From contig UQIL01000006.1 of NCBI GenBank assembly GCA_900541025.1, positions 31,519-95,518 of the forward strand: a stretch of 64,000 nucleotides of DNA, read 5' to 3'. The notes below the pieces were generated by a model that was given only the letters and a program-made list of their open reading frames with translations, was not told the origin of the DNA and did no database searches. The stretch is from an uncultured Collinsella sp. (lineage in GTDB: Bacteria > Actinomycetota > Coriobacteriia > Coriobacteriales > Coriobacteriaceae). Position 1 is the first letter of the stretch, and the number at the start of each line of letters is the position of its first letter. Made by a program: the position numbers and the translations under genes. Below are positions 26,930 through 35,483 of the stretch, piece by piece.

Positions 26930-27880
26930 ATGGTTAACGAGAAGAAGGTCGCTATTGTCGGTTGCGGTTTCGTCGGTTCGTCTTCGGCGTTCGCTCTGAT
27001 GCAGAGCGGTCTGTTCTCCGAGATGGTCCTCATCGACGTGGACAAGAACCGCGCCGAGGGTGAGGCTCTGGATATCGCGCACGGCATGACGTTTGCCGAG
27101 CCGATGAAGATCTACGCCGGCGATTATTCCGATGTCGCCGACGCCGCCATGATCGTCGTCACCGCTGGCGCTGCCCAGAAGCCCGGTGAGACCCGCCTGG
27201 ACCTGGTCAACAAGAACGTCAACATCTTTAAGTCCATTATCCCCGAGATTAAGAAGTCCGGCTTCGACGGCATTCTGCTAATCGTCTCCAACCCGGTTGA
27301 TGTTCTGACCTATGCTGCCATCAAGATGTCCGGCCTGCCCGAGGGCCATGTCATCGGCTCCGGCACCGTGCTCGACACTGGCCGTCTGCAGCAGATGCTT
27401 GGTGCCCACGTCGAGGTTGACCCGCGCGACGTTCAGGCCTATGTCATGGGTGAGCACGGCGACTCCGAGTTTGTCGCTTGGTCCAGCGCCCAGGTTGCCG
27501 GCGTGCCGCTGAACACCTTCTGCGAGCTTCACGGCCACCTGGAGCATGAGGCTGCCGAGAAGCGCATCGCCGAGGACGTTAAGAACTCCGCCTACACCAT
27601 CATCGAGAAGAAGCACGCCACCTACTACGGCGTCGCCATGGCCGTTAAGCGCATCTGCACCGCTGTCATGCGTGATGAGCAGACCGTTCTGCCCGTTTCC
27701 TCGCTCATGGTGGGCGAGTATGGCCTGTCCGATCTGGCCATCTCCATGCCGACGGTCGTTGGCCGCGACGGCGTCGTCTGCCGCGTCCCCGTGCCGCTGA
27801 ACGATGACGAGCAGCATGAGCTCACCGCCTCCGCCAAGGCCCTCAAGGACATCATCGACAGCGTCGATTTCTCCTGCTAA
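26930..27880 (+). CDS. ldh: L-lactate dehydrogenase
   Basis: KVAIVGCGFVGSS, VVTAGAAQKPGETRLDL, GEHGDS. Confidence 0.9.
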   Translation: MVNEKKVAIVGCGFVGSSSAFALMQSGLFSEMVLIDVDKNRAEGEALDIAHGMTFAEPMKIYAGDYSDVADAAMIVVTAGAAQKPGETRLDLVNKNVNIFKSIIPEIKKSGFDGILLIVSNPVDVLTYAAIKMSGLPEGHVIGSGTVLDTGRLQQMLGAHVEVDPRDVQAYVMGEHGDSEFVAWSSAQVAGVPLNTFCELHGHLEHEAAEKRIAEDVKNSAYTIIEKKHATYYGVAMAVKRICTAVMRDEQTVLPVSSLMVGEYGLSDLAISMPTVVGRDGVVCRVPVPLNDDEQHELTASAKALKDIIDSVDFSC

Positions 27881-27910
27881 ATAAGGCTCGTTTGCCAGCA
27901 AGCTACAATG

Positions 27911-27946
27911 AAGGCGCTCAGGCCCCACGGCCCGGGCGCCTTTTTT
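27911..27946 (+). terminator. rho-independent terminator of ldh
   Basis: AAGGCGC...GCGCCTT stem with an inner GGCC/GGCC pairing, followed by TTTTTT. Confidence 0.7.
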
Positions 27947-28019
27947 GGTGCATTTGGGTCAGGTTTGTTTGCACCAAAAGGGGCGCGATTGGTGCAAACG
28001 AACCTGACCCCAATGCACC
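27947..28019. repeat. 29-bp imperfect inverted repeat (27/29) with a 15-nt spacer
   Basis: GGTGCATTTGGGTCAGGTTTGTTTGCACC ... GGTGCAAACGAACCTGACCCCAATGCACC. It ends 18 nt before the next ATG. Confidence 0.8.
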
Positions 28020-28037
28020 ATTGTTGATGGGAGGGCC

Positions 28038-29198
28038 ATGTCGGATTCGCCTAACTTTTTGACCTATGCCCAGACGGCGTTTGATTCGTTTGAGGAGCGG
28101 ACGTTCTGCGCGGTGGACAGCCTGGTGTTTGCATGGCTGTCGTATTTGCGCTTGCCGGGGGATATGCCGGAGCTTGCCGGCTGGCAGGGACTGGACGTGC
28201 GCGAGCTTCTGCGCGCGGAGTGCTACCCGGAGATGATTGGCGACCTGTGGGATCCGGAGGGGAGCCGTGCCTTACTGGAGGCTGTGGCGGCAAGCCCTCG
28301 CTACCGTGGCGTGCGCGTGTGCGGTTATCGTGCCGTGAGCGATGTGGTGGCGACAGAGCAGTTTGCAGCCATGGCGTTCCGGTTTCCGGCGGGGTTTAGT
28401 TATCTTTCCTTCCGGGGGACCGACAGCACGATTGTGGGCTGGAAAGAGGACTTTAACATGGCTTTCCGGTGTCCTGTGCCGGCCCAGGAATCTGCGGCGC
28501 GCTATGTGGACGAGGCGGTGGCCGCGATTGATGGTCCGCTCTTGTGCGGAGGCCATTCCAAGGGCGGAAACTTGGCGGTGTATGGCGCGGCGATGTGCTC
28601 TGACGCTGCTGGCGACCGGATCGAACGGGCCTTCTCCCACGATGGCCCCGGCTTTGTCGAGGAGTTCCTGAGCGGTGACGCCTTCGCAGGTCTTTCCGGC
28701 CGCATCGACAAGACCCTGCCCCAGTCTTCGATTTTCGGCATGATGTTCGAGACACAGGAAGATTACGCCATTGTCGAGAGCACCGAATTCAGTCTGCTGC
28801 AGCACAATCCCTTTAGCTGGGTCGTTGACGGCTACGACTTTGTGTATTGCGAGCGTCTGTCTGCCGGCGCTCGATACGTCGATAGCTCTATTCGCGAGAT
28901 GCTGCTTGCAGTGGGGCCTGCCGAGCGCGAGCGCTTTGTAGATGCGTTGTTCTCCGTGTTTGAAGCCACAGGGGCCGAACGGTTCGCAGATATCGCAGGG
29001 AATTTGCGCGAGAGCCTGCCGGTGATGCTCCAGGCTGCTCAGAGCTTCGACAAAGATACGCGCCGTTTCATCTCGCAGACCGTCGTCGCAATTCTTAAAT
29101 GCGCCCTGCTGCCCAAGCGTTCCGAGCTCAACGTTCCTGCTGCCGGCAAGAGCCTGGCAGAGCAGCTCGAGGCGTGGCAGTCCGAGCTCCTGCGCTAA
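28038..29198 (+). CDS. DUF2974 (Mbeg1-like) alpha/beta-hydrolase-fold protein
   Basis: GGHSKGGNLAVYGA nucleophile-elbow motif, 386 aa, SD GGGAGGG. Confidence 0.75.
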   Translation: MSDSPNFLTYAQTAFDSFEERTFCAVDSLVFAWLSYLRLPGDMPELAGWQGLDVRELLRAECYPEMIGDLWDPEGSRALLEAVAASPRYRGVRVCGYRAVSDVVATEQFAAMAFRFPAGFSYLSFRGTDSTIVGWKEDFNMAFRCPVPAQESAARYVDEAVAAIDGPLLCGGHSKGGNLAVYGAAMCSDAAGDRIERAFSHDGPGFVEEFLSGDAFAGLSGRIDKTLPQSSIFGMMFETQEDYAIVESTEFSLLQHNPFSWVVDGYDFVYCERLSAGARYVDSSIREMLLAVGPAERERFVDALFSVFEATGAERFADIAGNLRESLPVMLQAAQSFDKDTRRFISQTVVAILKCALLPKRSELNVPAAGKSLAEQLEAWQSELLR

Positions 29199-29289
29199 CG
29201 CTGGTGCAAAGGGGCATGTTGGTGCATTGGGGCGGGCACGACCGCTATACTGATTCGTGCTGAAATCGATCTAGAACGGAATGCCGTAT

Positions 29290-30294
29290 ATGAAAATCAA
29301 TCACGCAATCCTGCATATCCTGGACTTTGACTCGGCCGTCAACGTCATGAGCCAGCGCGAGCTCGATATCGAGAGCCGCACCGTGCGCAACTTCGTGACC
29401 ACGCATCTGCGTCGCGCCCGCACGTCTGCCGATAACAAGCGCGCCACGTTTGCCGAGAACTCCGCATTCGGCGGTGAGCTCAAGGGCTATTTCTTTGGCG
29501 AGCGCGAATTCGTGGACCTGTCGCAGCAGATTGCGGAGTTCATCTCCTCGGAGCTTGCCAAGGCCGAAAAGGCCGAGTCTACCGACGTGCTTGTGGCGGA
29601 CTTTGACGACGATGAGGACGCCCGCTGGTTTGCTGTCATGTTACTTGGGTCCAAGCAGGCCTTTATGCACGAGGTGGGCCGCGAGGAGGGCGAGGTGCGC
29701 AACGACATCGCGCGCCACTATGCTATTCTGCCGAATCCTTCCCAAAAGGTGCCGAGCTACGCCATCGTGCGCGCGAGCACCATGGAGATCGGCTACGTGG
29801 ACAAGAAGCGCAAGATCGCCGGCGAGGACCGCATGCTTATTCCTGACGGCCTGCTGCAGTGCGATACGGGCGTGTCGGGCAAGGAGATTATCGACACCGT
29901 GACGCGCGTGGTCGAGGAGGTTGCCGAGGAGCACGGCGCCAATACGGCCGTGGCGCTCGCCAAGGTCAAAGCCGCTGTTGCCGAGAAGGTCGAAGACGAC
30001 GAGGAACTGCCGCCTTGGGATATCGTCGACGAGGTCTTTGAGGACGAGCCGGTCATCAAAGAGAGCGTTCGTGCGGCATTGACCGAGGAAAAGGTGCCCG
30101 AGCGCGTGCCCGTGGAGCGTAAACAGGTCGAGCGTGCGGCCGTGCGCAATCATAAGATTCGAACCGATACGGGTATCGAGATCAGCTTCCCGGCCGAGAT
30201 GGGCTCGAACTCCGAGTATATCGAGTTCGTCAACGAGCCCAACGGCCTCATCTCCATCGAGCTCAAGAACATCGGAAGCATCGAGAACCGATAG
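29290..30294 (+). CDS. NdpA/YejK-like nucleoid-associated protein (NA37 family)
   Basis: MKINHAILHILDF N-terminus and C-terminal HKIRTDTGIEISFP...YIEFVNEPNGLISIELKNIG, typical of the family. An alternative start is at 29281. Confidence 0.8.
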   Translation: MKINHAILHILDFDSAVNVMSQRELDIESRTVRNFVTTHLRRARTSADNKRATFAENSAFGGELKGYFFGEREFVDLSQQIAEFISSELAKAEKAESTDVLVADFDDDEDARWFAVMLLGSKQAFMHEVGREEGEVRNDIARHYAILPNPSQKVPSYAIVRASTMEIGYVDKKRKIAGEDRMLIPDGLLQCDTGVSGKEIIDTVTRVVEEVAEEHGANTAVALAKVKAAVAEKVEDDEELPPWDIVDEVFEDEPVIKESVRAALTEEKVPERVPVERKQVERAAVRNHKIRTDTGIEISFPAEMGSNSEYIEFVNEPNGLISIELKNIGSIENR

Positions 30295-30317
30295 CGCAAT
30301 AGTTTCTTCCAAAGAGA

Positions 30318-30363
30318 AATCTGGATTATATTTTGAAGTATACTTTGAAATATAATCCAGATT
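30318..30363. terminator. 46-nt near-perfect AT-rich palindrome followed by T7: terminator of the NAP gene and/or TA operator
   Basis: AATCTGGATTATATTT-TGAAGTATACTTTG-AAATATAATCCAGATT, then ATTTTTTT, ending 9 nt before the antitoxin SD. Confidence 0.55.
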
Positions 30364-30381
30364 ATTTTTTTGGAGGTACAA

Positions 30382-30732
30382 ATGTCCCCACTTGTTCTGG
30401 AAAAGCCGGTGTTTACAAAAGATCAGGTAGTTTCTGCCACCGAAGCGAGCAAGTCCTTATCTGCCGTTCGCAAGCGCGCTAAGCGCGCGCCGCAGTTTAT
30501 CGCCGATCATAACGATATCGATACCGTGATTATCGACTACGCCGCCTATGAGGAAATGTACGGCGCCCTACAGTACCTTCGCGAACTTGAGCTTGATCGT
30601 ATTGCGGCAGATCGAATCAAAAACGGACCGCATGAGTTTATTCCGTTTGAAGATACCCTGACTCCTGAGGAGCTCGCGGAGTTCGAATCGATGGACTCCG
30701 ACGCGATTTCGGATGAGGATCTTTTCGAATGA
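30382..30732 (+). CDS. Phd/YefM-like type II antitoxin
   Basis: 116 aa with an acidic C-terminus. ATG 30382 follows SD GGAGG, and the stop overlaps the toxin start (ATGA). Confidence 0.7.
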   Translation: MSPLVLEKPVFTKDQVVSATEASKSLSAVRKRAKRAPQFIADHNDIDTVIIDYAAYEEMYGALQYLRELELDRIAADRIKNGPHEFIPFEDTLTPEELAEFESMDSDAISDEDLFE

Positions 30733-31073
30733 GCGGGCACTTTGTCGTCGGCTTTTTGAATCGAGACGTCGAGAAGGAATATCAAAAACTAGATGGTTCT
30801 CAGCGAAGGCTCGTCCGCATTGCAGTGGCGAAATTAAAGACGCGCGCCGATGAAATCGGAACGCCGCTTCACGGTGAGCTTGCCGGCTGCAAAAAGATTA
30901 AATGGAGAAAGGCGGGACTCCGAATGGTATTTCGAATTCGAGAGGACGGAACGGTTGAGATTGCCGAGATCGTTGCAATAGGTCGACGCGACCGTTCAGA
31001 GGTCTATAAGACGGCTGCCGATCGTTTGTCGAAGCATCCAGCCATGGTCGAATACGACGGAACCTTGAGATAA
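30729..31073 (+). CDS. RelE/ParE-superfamily type II toxin
   Basis: 114 aa. The pattern ...L.G.L.G..K...R..G.R.V.R......V.I..I..R is RelE/StbE-like. Confidence 0.75.
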   Translation: MSGHFVVGFLNRDVEKEYQKLDGSQRRLVRIAVAKLKTRADEIGTPLHGELAGCKKIKWRKAGLRMVFRIREDGTVEIAEIVAIGRRDRSEVYKTAADRLSKHPAMVEYDGTLR

Positions 31074-31075
31074 AG

Positions 31076-31117
31076 AAGGCCGAAGCCCTGGTTGGGGCTT
31101 CGGCCTTTGTTGTTTTT
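31076..31117 (+). terminator. rho-independent terminator
   Basis: AAGGCCGAAGCCC / GGGCTTCGGCCTT followed by TGTTGTTTTT. Confidence 0.8.
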
Positions 31118-31261
31118 AGCTTGGTTGCTGACATTGCGCCGCAGGTTGAGCATGCGTCAGCGAAAACGCCCCAGAGCGAGCAAGGTGACGTGAAAGAGGA
31201 GGGCATTGACCTTCTGGTCATGCCCGACGATTGAACGTCAGATTGCCGTTCTGGGGCGTTT

Positions 31262-31302
31262 GCAGCGTCGAGGCGTTACGCGGTTTGGTAAAACCGCGTA
31301 AC
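31262..31302 (-). repeat. REP-like 3-prime element, copy B (reverse orientation)
   Basis: Minus sense reads GTTACGCGGTTT-TACC-AAACCGCGTAAC-GC-CTCGACGCTGC, starting 1 nt after the dapH stop. Confidence 0.7.
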
Positions 31303-31303
31303 C

Positions 31304-32023
31304 TTAAAGTTGGCGCAGACCTTCCTCGAGACCGGTCTTGCTGTCGGTCTTCTCGTCGCGCATCTTGATGACGCGGGCGGGAATGCCGGCCACGACGGCG
31401 CCGGCGGGGACGTCCTCGACGCACACGGCACCGGCGGCCACGACGGCGCCCTTGCCCACGCGCACGCCCTCCAGGACCACGGCGTTGGCGCCAATCATGA
31501 CATCGTCCTCGACGATGACGGGCGTGGCGCTGGCGGGCTCCACGACGCCTGCCAGCACGGTGCCGGCGCCGATGTGGCAGTTCTTACCCACGGTGGCGCG
31601 ACCGCCCAGCACGGCGCCCATATCGATCATGGAACCCTCGCCGATAACGGAGCCGATGTTGATGATGGCGCCCATCATGATGACGGCACGGTCGCCAATC
31701 TCGACGCGGTCGCGGATGATCGCGCCCGGCTCGATGCGGGCGTTGATGCCCTTAAGGTCGAGCATGGGCACGGCGGAGTTGCGGCAATCGTTTTCAACGT
31801 CGTAGTAATCGATGGAGTCGGCGTTGGCGTCCAGGATGGCCTTAAGCTCATCCCAGTCGCCAAAGACGGTCTTGCCACGACGACCGCCGTAGACATGTGC
31901 GTTGCCCCAGGCAACCTTCATGCCCGGCTTCTCGCGCACGTACAGCTTGACGGGCGTCTTTTTGGGCGCGGTGGCGATGTAGTTGATAATCTCCTGTGCA
32001 TCCATCTCGGCTGCGTTGCTCAT
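31304..32023 (-). CDS. dapH: tetrahydrodipicolinate N-acetyltransferase (DapH type, hexapeptide repeat)
   Basis: 239 aa with the N-terminal DapH-type domain and LbH repeats ([38 protein letters not shown]...). Confidence 0.85.
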   Translation of the reverse strand: MSNAAEMDAQEIINYIATAPKKTPVKLYVREKPGMKVAWGNAHVYGGRRGKTVFGDWDELKAILDANADSIDYYDVENDCRNSAVPMLDLKGINARIEPGAIIRDRVEIGDRAVIMMGAIINIGSVIGEGSMIDMGAVLGGRATVGKNCHIGAGTVLAGVVEPASATPVIVEDDVMIGANAVVLEGVRVGKGAVVAAGAVCVEDVPAGAVVAGIPARVIKMRDEKTDSKTGLEEGLRQL

Positions 32024-32062
32024 TTGCTATCTCTCCTTTGGGTGGATTCGGTTGATACCCGG

Positions 32063-32803
32063 TTAGGCAAACATGACCTTGTCGAACGTATAGAAGCCGG
32101 GTTCGCGGGTGACGAGCTTCTGCGCGGCTGCCAAGGCGCCGTTGACAAAGATCTGACGGCTCGTGGCGCGGTGGGTGAGCGTGACCTCCTCGTCCTGGCC
32201 AAAGAAACTAACCTCGTGTACGCCGGCGACGGTGCCGCCGCGCAGCGAGTGCATTCCGATCTCCTTGGGGCCACGCGCGCCGCACATGCCCTCGCGGCCA
32301 TAGACGGGGTGGTAGCCTGCCTCGGGTTCAGCTTCGACGACGGCGTCGAGCAGTAGCTTGGCGGTGCCGCTCGGGGCGTCGACCTTTTGGTTGTGGTGCG
32401 TCTCGACGATCTCGCAGTCAAAGCCGGGCAGCTCGCGTGTGGCCTGGGCCACTAGATGACGCAGGGCTGCGATGCCGATGGAGTAATTGCCCGAGTGCAT
32501 AACGCGGGTGTTCTGGCCCAGCTCACGCAGGCGGTCCATCTGCTCAGGTGAATAGCCCGTGGTGCCGGAAACGAGTGCGGCGCCCGTGCGCTCGACATAG
32601 GCGACGACGGCATCGAAGGTCACGACGTTCGAGAAGTCGATAATCACATCGGCAGCCGGTGCGTTCTCGAGCTCGCTCAAATCGAAGCCAATCTGGGCCA
32701 CGATATCAAAAACGGGCTGACCGGCGGCGTCGACAATGCCCTCGGCGGTAGTGCGGATGAGCGAGCCCATGCGGCCCGTTCCCATAATGACGGTCTTAAT
32801 CAA
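32063..32803 (-). CDS. dapB: 4-hydroxy-tetrahydrodipicolinate reductase
   Basis: MGTGRMG N-terminus, E.HH..K.DAPSGTA motif, 246 aa. Confidence 0.9.
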   Translation of the reverse strand: MIKTVIMGTGRMGSLIRTTAEGIVDAAGQPVFDIVAQIGFDLSELENAPAADVIIDFSNVVTFDAVVAYVERTGAALVSGTTGYSPEQMDRLRELGQNTRVMHSGNYSIGIAALRHLVAQATRELPGFDCEIVETHHNQKVDAPSGTAKLLLDAVVEAEPEAGYHPVYGREGMCGARGPKEIGMHSLRGGTVAGVHEVSFFGQDEEVTLTHRATSRQIFVNGALAAAQKLVTREPGFYTFDKVMFA

Positions 32804-35105
32804 GTAGACCAGCTCCCTTCAGAGCATCGGTAAGTGCGGCTCGCGTGTCGTTGGCCATGGGGCACAGCGGCATGCGGTAGTTTGCCTCGATCATATCCAT
32901 CTGAGCGAGCGCCTCTTTGACGGGGATGGGGTTGACCTCACTAAAGAGGGCATTGATGAGCGGCTGGCCGGCAATTTGGATATCGCGGGCACGTGCCACG
33001 TCACCGTCCAAATAGGCGCGGCACATGTCATGCACGAGCTGCGGCTGAACGTCTGCCCACACGCTGATGGTGCCCGAGGCGCCCAGGCTCATGAGCGGCA
33101 CGGTGAGGGCATCCTCGCCCGAGTACATGCGGAAATCGTCGGACAGCAGGTGGGCGATCTTGGCCGCGTAGGCGACGTTGCCCGAGGCCTCCTTGATGCC
33201 CATGATGTTGGGGTGCGCGGCTAGGCGCTCTACGTTGCGCTCGCTGATACCGCAGCCGCAGCGGCCGGGGATGTTGTACAGGATGCAGGGGATGTCAACG
33301 GCATCGGCGACGGTCTTAAAGTGCTGATAGATACCCTCTTCGTTGGACTTGTTGTAGTAGGGGGTAATGAGCAGCAGGCCGTCGGCTCCCAAGCCCTGGT
33401 AAGTAAGCGACTTGGTGAGCATGGTCTGCGTGGAGTTGGAGCCTGAGCCGGCGATGACGGGGACGCGTCCTGCAACATGCTTGACCACCGCGGCGACGAC
33501 GGAGTTGTCCTCGTCATCGGTCATCGTGGCACTCTCACCGGTGGTGCCCAGGGTGAGGATGGCATCGGTGCCATTTTGCAAGTGGAAATCGATAAGGCGC
33601 TCGAGCGCGTCAAAGTCGACGCTGCCGTCCTTTTTAAACGGCGTGACGAGGGCGACGATCGAGCCCTCGAGGTTGCGGATATCCATGTTCTTCTCCTTCG
33701 CCTCCGCGATCTGGATGCGTTTGTTCCATTGAGCTGCGACTGCCAGGCGCTCGTCTTGGGCGCGACGGCGGGCACTTTCGGCGCGCGACTTGGCCAGCAG
33801 CTCGCGGCCGCACGGCAGCACGTCGAGCGTGGCAAAGTAATCGCCCGGGCGCTCGGCGCGGCGGATGAGGTCGGCCGCGCCATCGGGGCGCAGCAGGACC
33901 TCGGCGGAGCGCAGACGTCCGTTGTAGTTGTAGCCCATGGAGTAGCCATGCGCACCGGTATCGTGGATTACAAGCAGGTCACCCATGTCGATATGCGGCA
34001 GCTTGCGATCGATAGCGAACTTGTCGTTGTTCTCGCATAGGTTGCCCGTGATGTCATAGGTGTTCGTGACGGGCGCTGTGGCCTTGTCGGCGCCGCCCGG
34101 CTGACCCATCACCGTAATGTGGTGGTAGGCGCCATACATGGCAGGGCGAATCAAATCGACGGCGCTTGCATCGACACCGATATAGTCCTTGTAGATCTGC
34201 TTCTCGTGGATGGCCTTGGTGACCAGGCAGCCGTAGGGGCCCAACATAAAGCGGCCCATCTCGGTGCAGATGGCCACATCGCCCATGCCGGCGGGAACCA
34301 GGATCTCGTCGTATGCCGCGTGTACTCCCTCGCCGATGGCGCGAATGTCGTTGGCCTGCTGCTCAGGCAGGTAGGGGATGCCGACGCCGCCGGACAGATT
34401 GATGAAGGCGACGTGTGCGCCGATCTCGCGCTCCAGGCGTACGGCAAGCTCAAAGAGGATGCGCGCGAGCTTGGGGTAGTAGTCGTTGGTGACAGTGTTG
34501 CTGGCAAGGAATGCGTGGATGCCAAAGTCCTCGGCGCCCTTGGCCTTGAGCATGCGGAAGGCCTCGAAGAGCTGCTCGGTGGTCATGCCATATTTGGAGT
34601 CGCCCGGGTTGTCCATGATGCCGTTGGAGAGCTGGAACAGGCCGCCTGGATTAAAGCGGCAGCTGACCGTCTTGGGGATGGGCCCCGCAACGCGCTCAAA
34701 GAACTCGATGTGGCTGATGTCGTCAAAGTTGACGATGGCACCCAGCTTGTCGGCGAGCTCAAAGTCGGCAGCCGGCGTGTCGTTGGACGAGAACATGATG
34801 TCGTGTCCCGTGATACCCAGCGAACGGGCGATCATGAGCTCGGTATAGCTCGAGCAATCGCAGCCGCAGCCGTATTCGTTGAGAATGGAGATGAGCGCCG
34901 GGTTGGGGTTGGCCTTGACGGCAAAGTATTCCTTAAAGCCCGGGTTCCATGCAAAGGCGTCGCGCACTTCTTGCATGTTGCGGCGGATGCCCGCCTCGTC
35001 GTATAGATGAAACGGCGTGGGGAACTGCTCGACGATATGCTCGAGTGTCTCTTTGTCCACAAACGGCTGCTTGGCCGCATATGCCTCGTTGGGGGTCAAT
35101 GCCAT
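32796..35105 (-). CDS. lysA-dapA: single 769-aa ORF fusing diaminopimelate decarboxylase (LysA, aa 1 to about 440) to 4-hydroxy-tetrahydrodipicolinate synthase (DapA, aa 474-769)
   Basis: N-terminal half: AVKANPNP, GG.GIPY, the fold-III decarboxylase pattern. C-terminal half: ALVTPF, TTGES, YNIPGR, GIKEASG. No stop separates them. An internal AAGGAGAAGAAC-ATG lies at 33686. Confidence 0.85.
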   Translation of the reverse strand: MALTPNEAYAAKQPFVDKETLEHIVEQFPTPFHLYDEAGIRRNMQEVRDAFAWNPGFKEYFAVKANPNPALISILNEYGCGCDCSSYTELMIARSLGITGHDIMFSSNDTPAADFELADKLGAIVNFDDISHIEFFERVAGPIPKTVSCRFNPGGLFQLSNGIMDNPGDSKYGMTTEQLFEAFRMLKAKGAEDFGIHAFLASNTVTNDYYPKLARILFELAVRLEREIGAHVAFINLSGGVGIPYLPEQQANDIRAIGEGVHAAYDEILVPAGMGDVAICTEMGRFMLGPYGCLVTKAIHEKQIYKDYIGVDASAVDLIRPAMYGAYHHITVMGQPGGADKATAPVTNTYDITGNLCENNDKFAIDRKLPHIDMGDLLVIHDTGAHGYSMGYNYNGRLRSAEVLLRPDGAADLIRRAERPGDYFATLDVLPCGRELLAKSRAESARRRAQDERLAVAAQWNKRIQIAEAKEKNMDIRNLEGSIVALVTPFKKDGSVDFDALERLIDFHLQNGTDAILTLGTTGESATMTDDEDNSVVAAVVKHVAGRVPVIAGSGSNSTQTMLTKSLTYQGLGADGLLLITPYYNKSNEEGIYQHFKTVADAVDIPCILYNIPGRCGCGISERNVERLAAHPNIMGIKEASGNVAYAAKIAHLLSDDFRMYSGEDALTVPLMSLGASGTISVWADVQPQLVHDMCRAYLDGDVARARDIQIAGQPLINALFSEVNPIPVKEALAQMDMIEANYRMPLCPMANDTRAALTDALKGAGLLD

Positions 35106-35176
35106 GTCCCGTAAACCTCGCTATCCAGACGGCGCCATCTGCGCATCGAATCCGCATAACGTGGACCCAATGTCCG

Positions 35177-35333
35177 GATAGCGCTCCCGCATTGCTGCAG
35201 ACAGTCCTGTGGGTGTTTCCCACAGGCCCACCAGGTTGTTCGTGCCCGTAAAACCCAGTTCGGCGGGTTTCGCCTCCCCACGGGGTCAAAGCCTGCCGGC
35301 TCGCCCGCGGCTCTTCGTGCCCGCGCCTCTATC
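35177..35333 (-). promoter_or_regulatory. lysine riboswitch (L-box) aptamer in the lysA-dapA leader
   Basis: Minus sense: GATAGAGGCGCGGGCACGAAGAGCC...GGGGAGGCGAAACCCGCCGAA...AACCTGGTGGGCCTGTGGGAAACACCCACAGGACTGTC...GGGAGCGCTATC. This matches the conserved AGAGGCGC, GCCGAA, CCUGG and ACUGUC blocks. Confidence 0.8.
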
Positions 35334-35483
35334 AAGTGGTAAAGACCCTATCACGTTGCACTTTACCAAACAAGAGTATTCGTATATAACGTTTAAAAAA
35401 TGCAGGGATATGCTGGAAACATGTGCGCCACAATCCTGTATCACAATAAGTTGCAACAGATGTGCCTCACGAAGGGATCCTCT

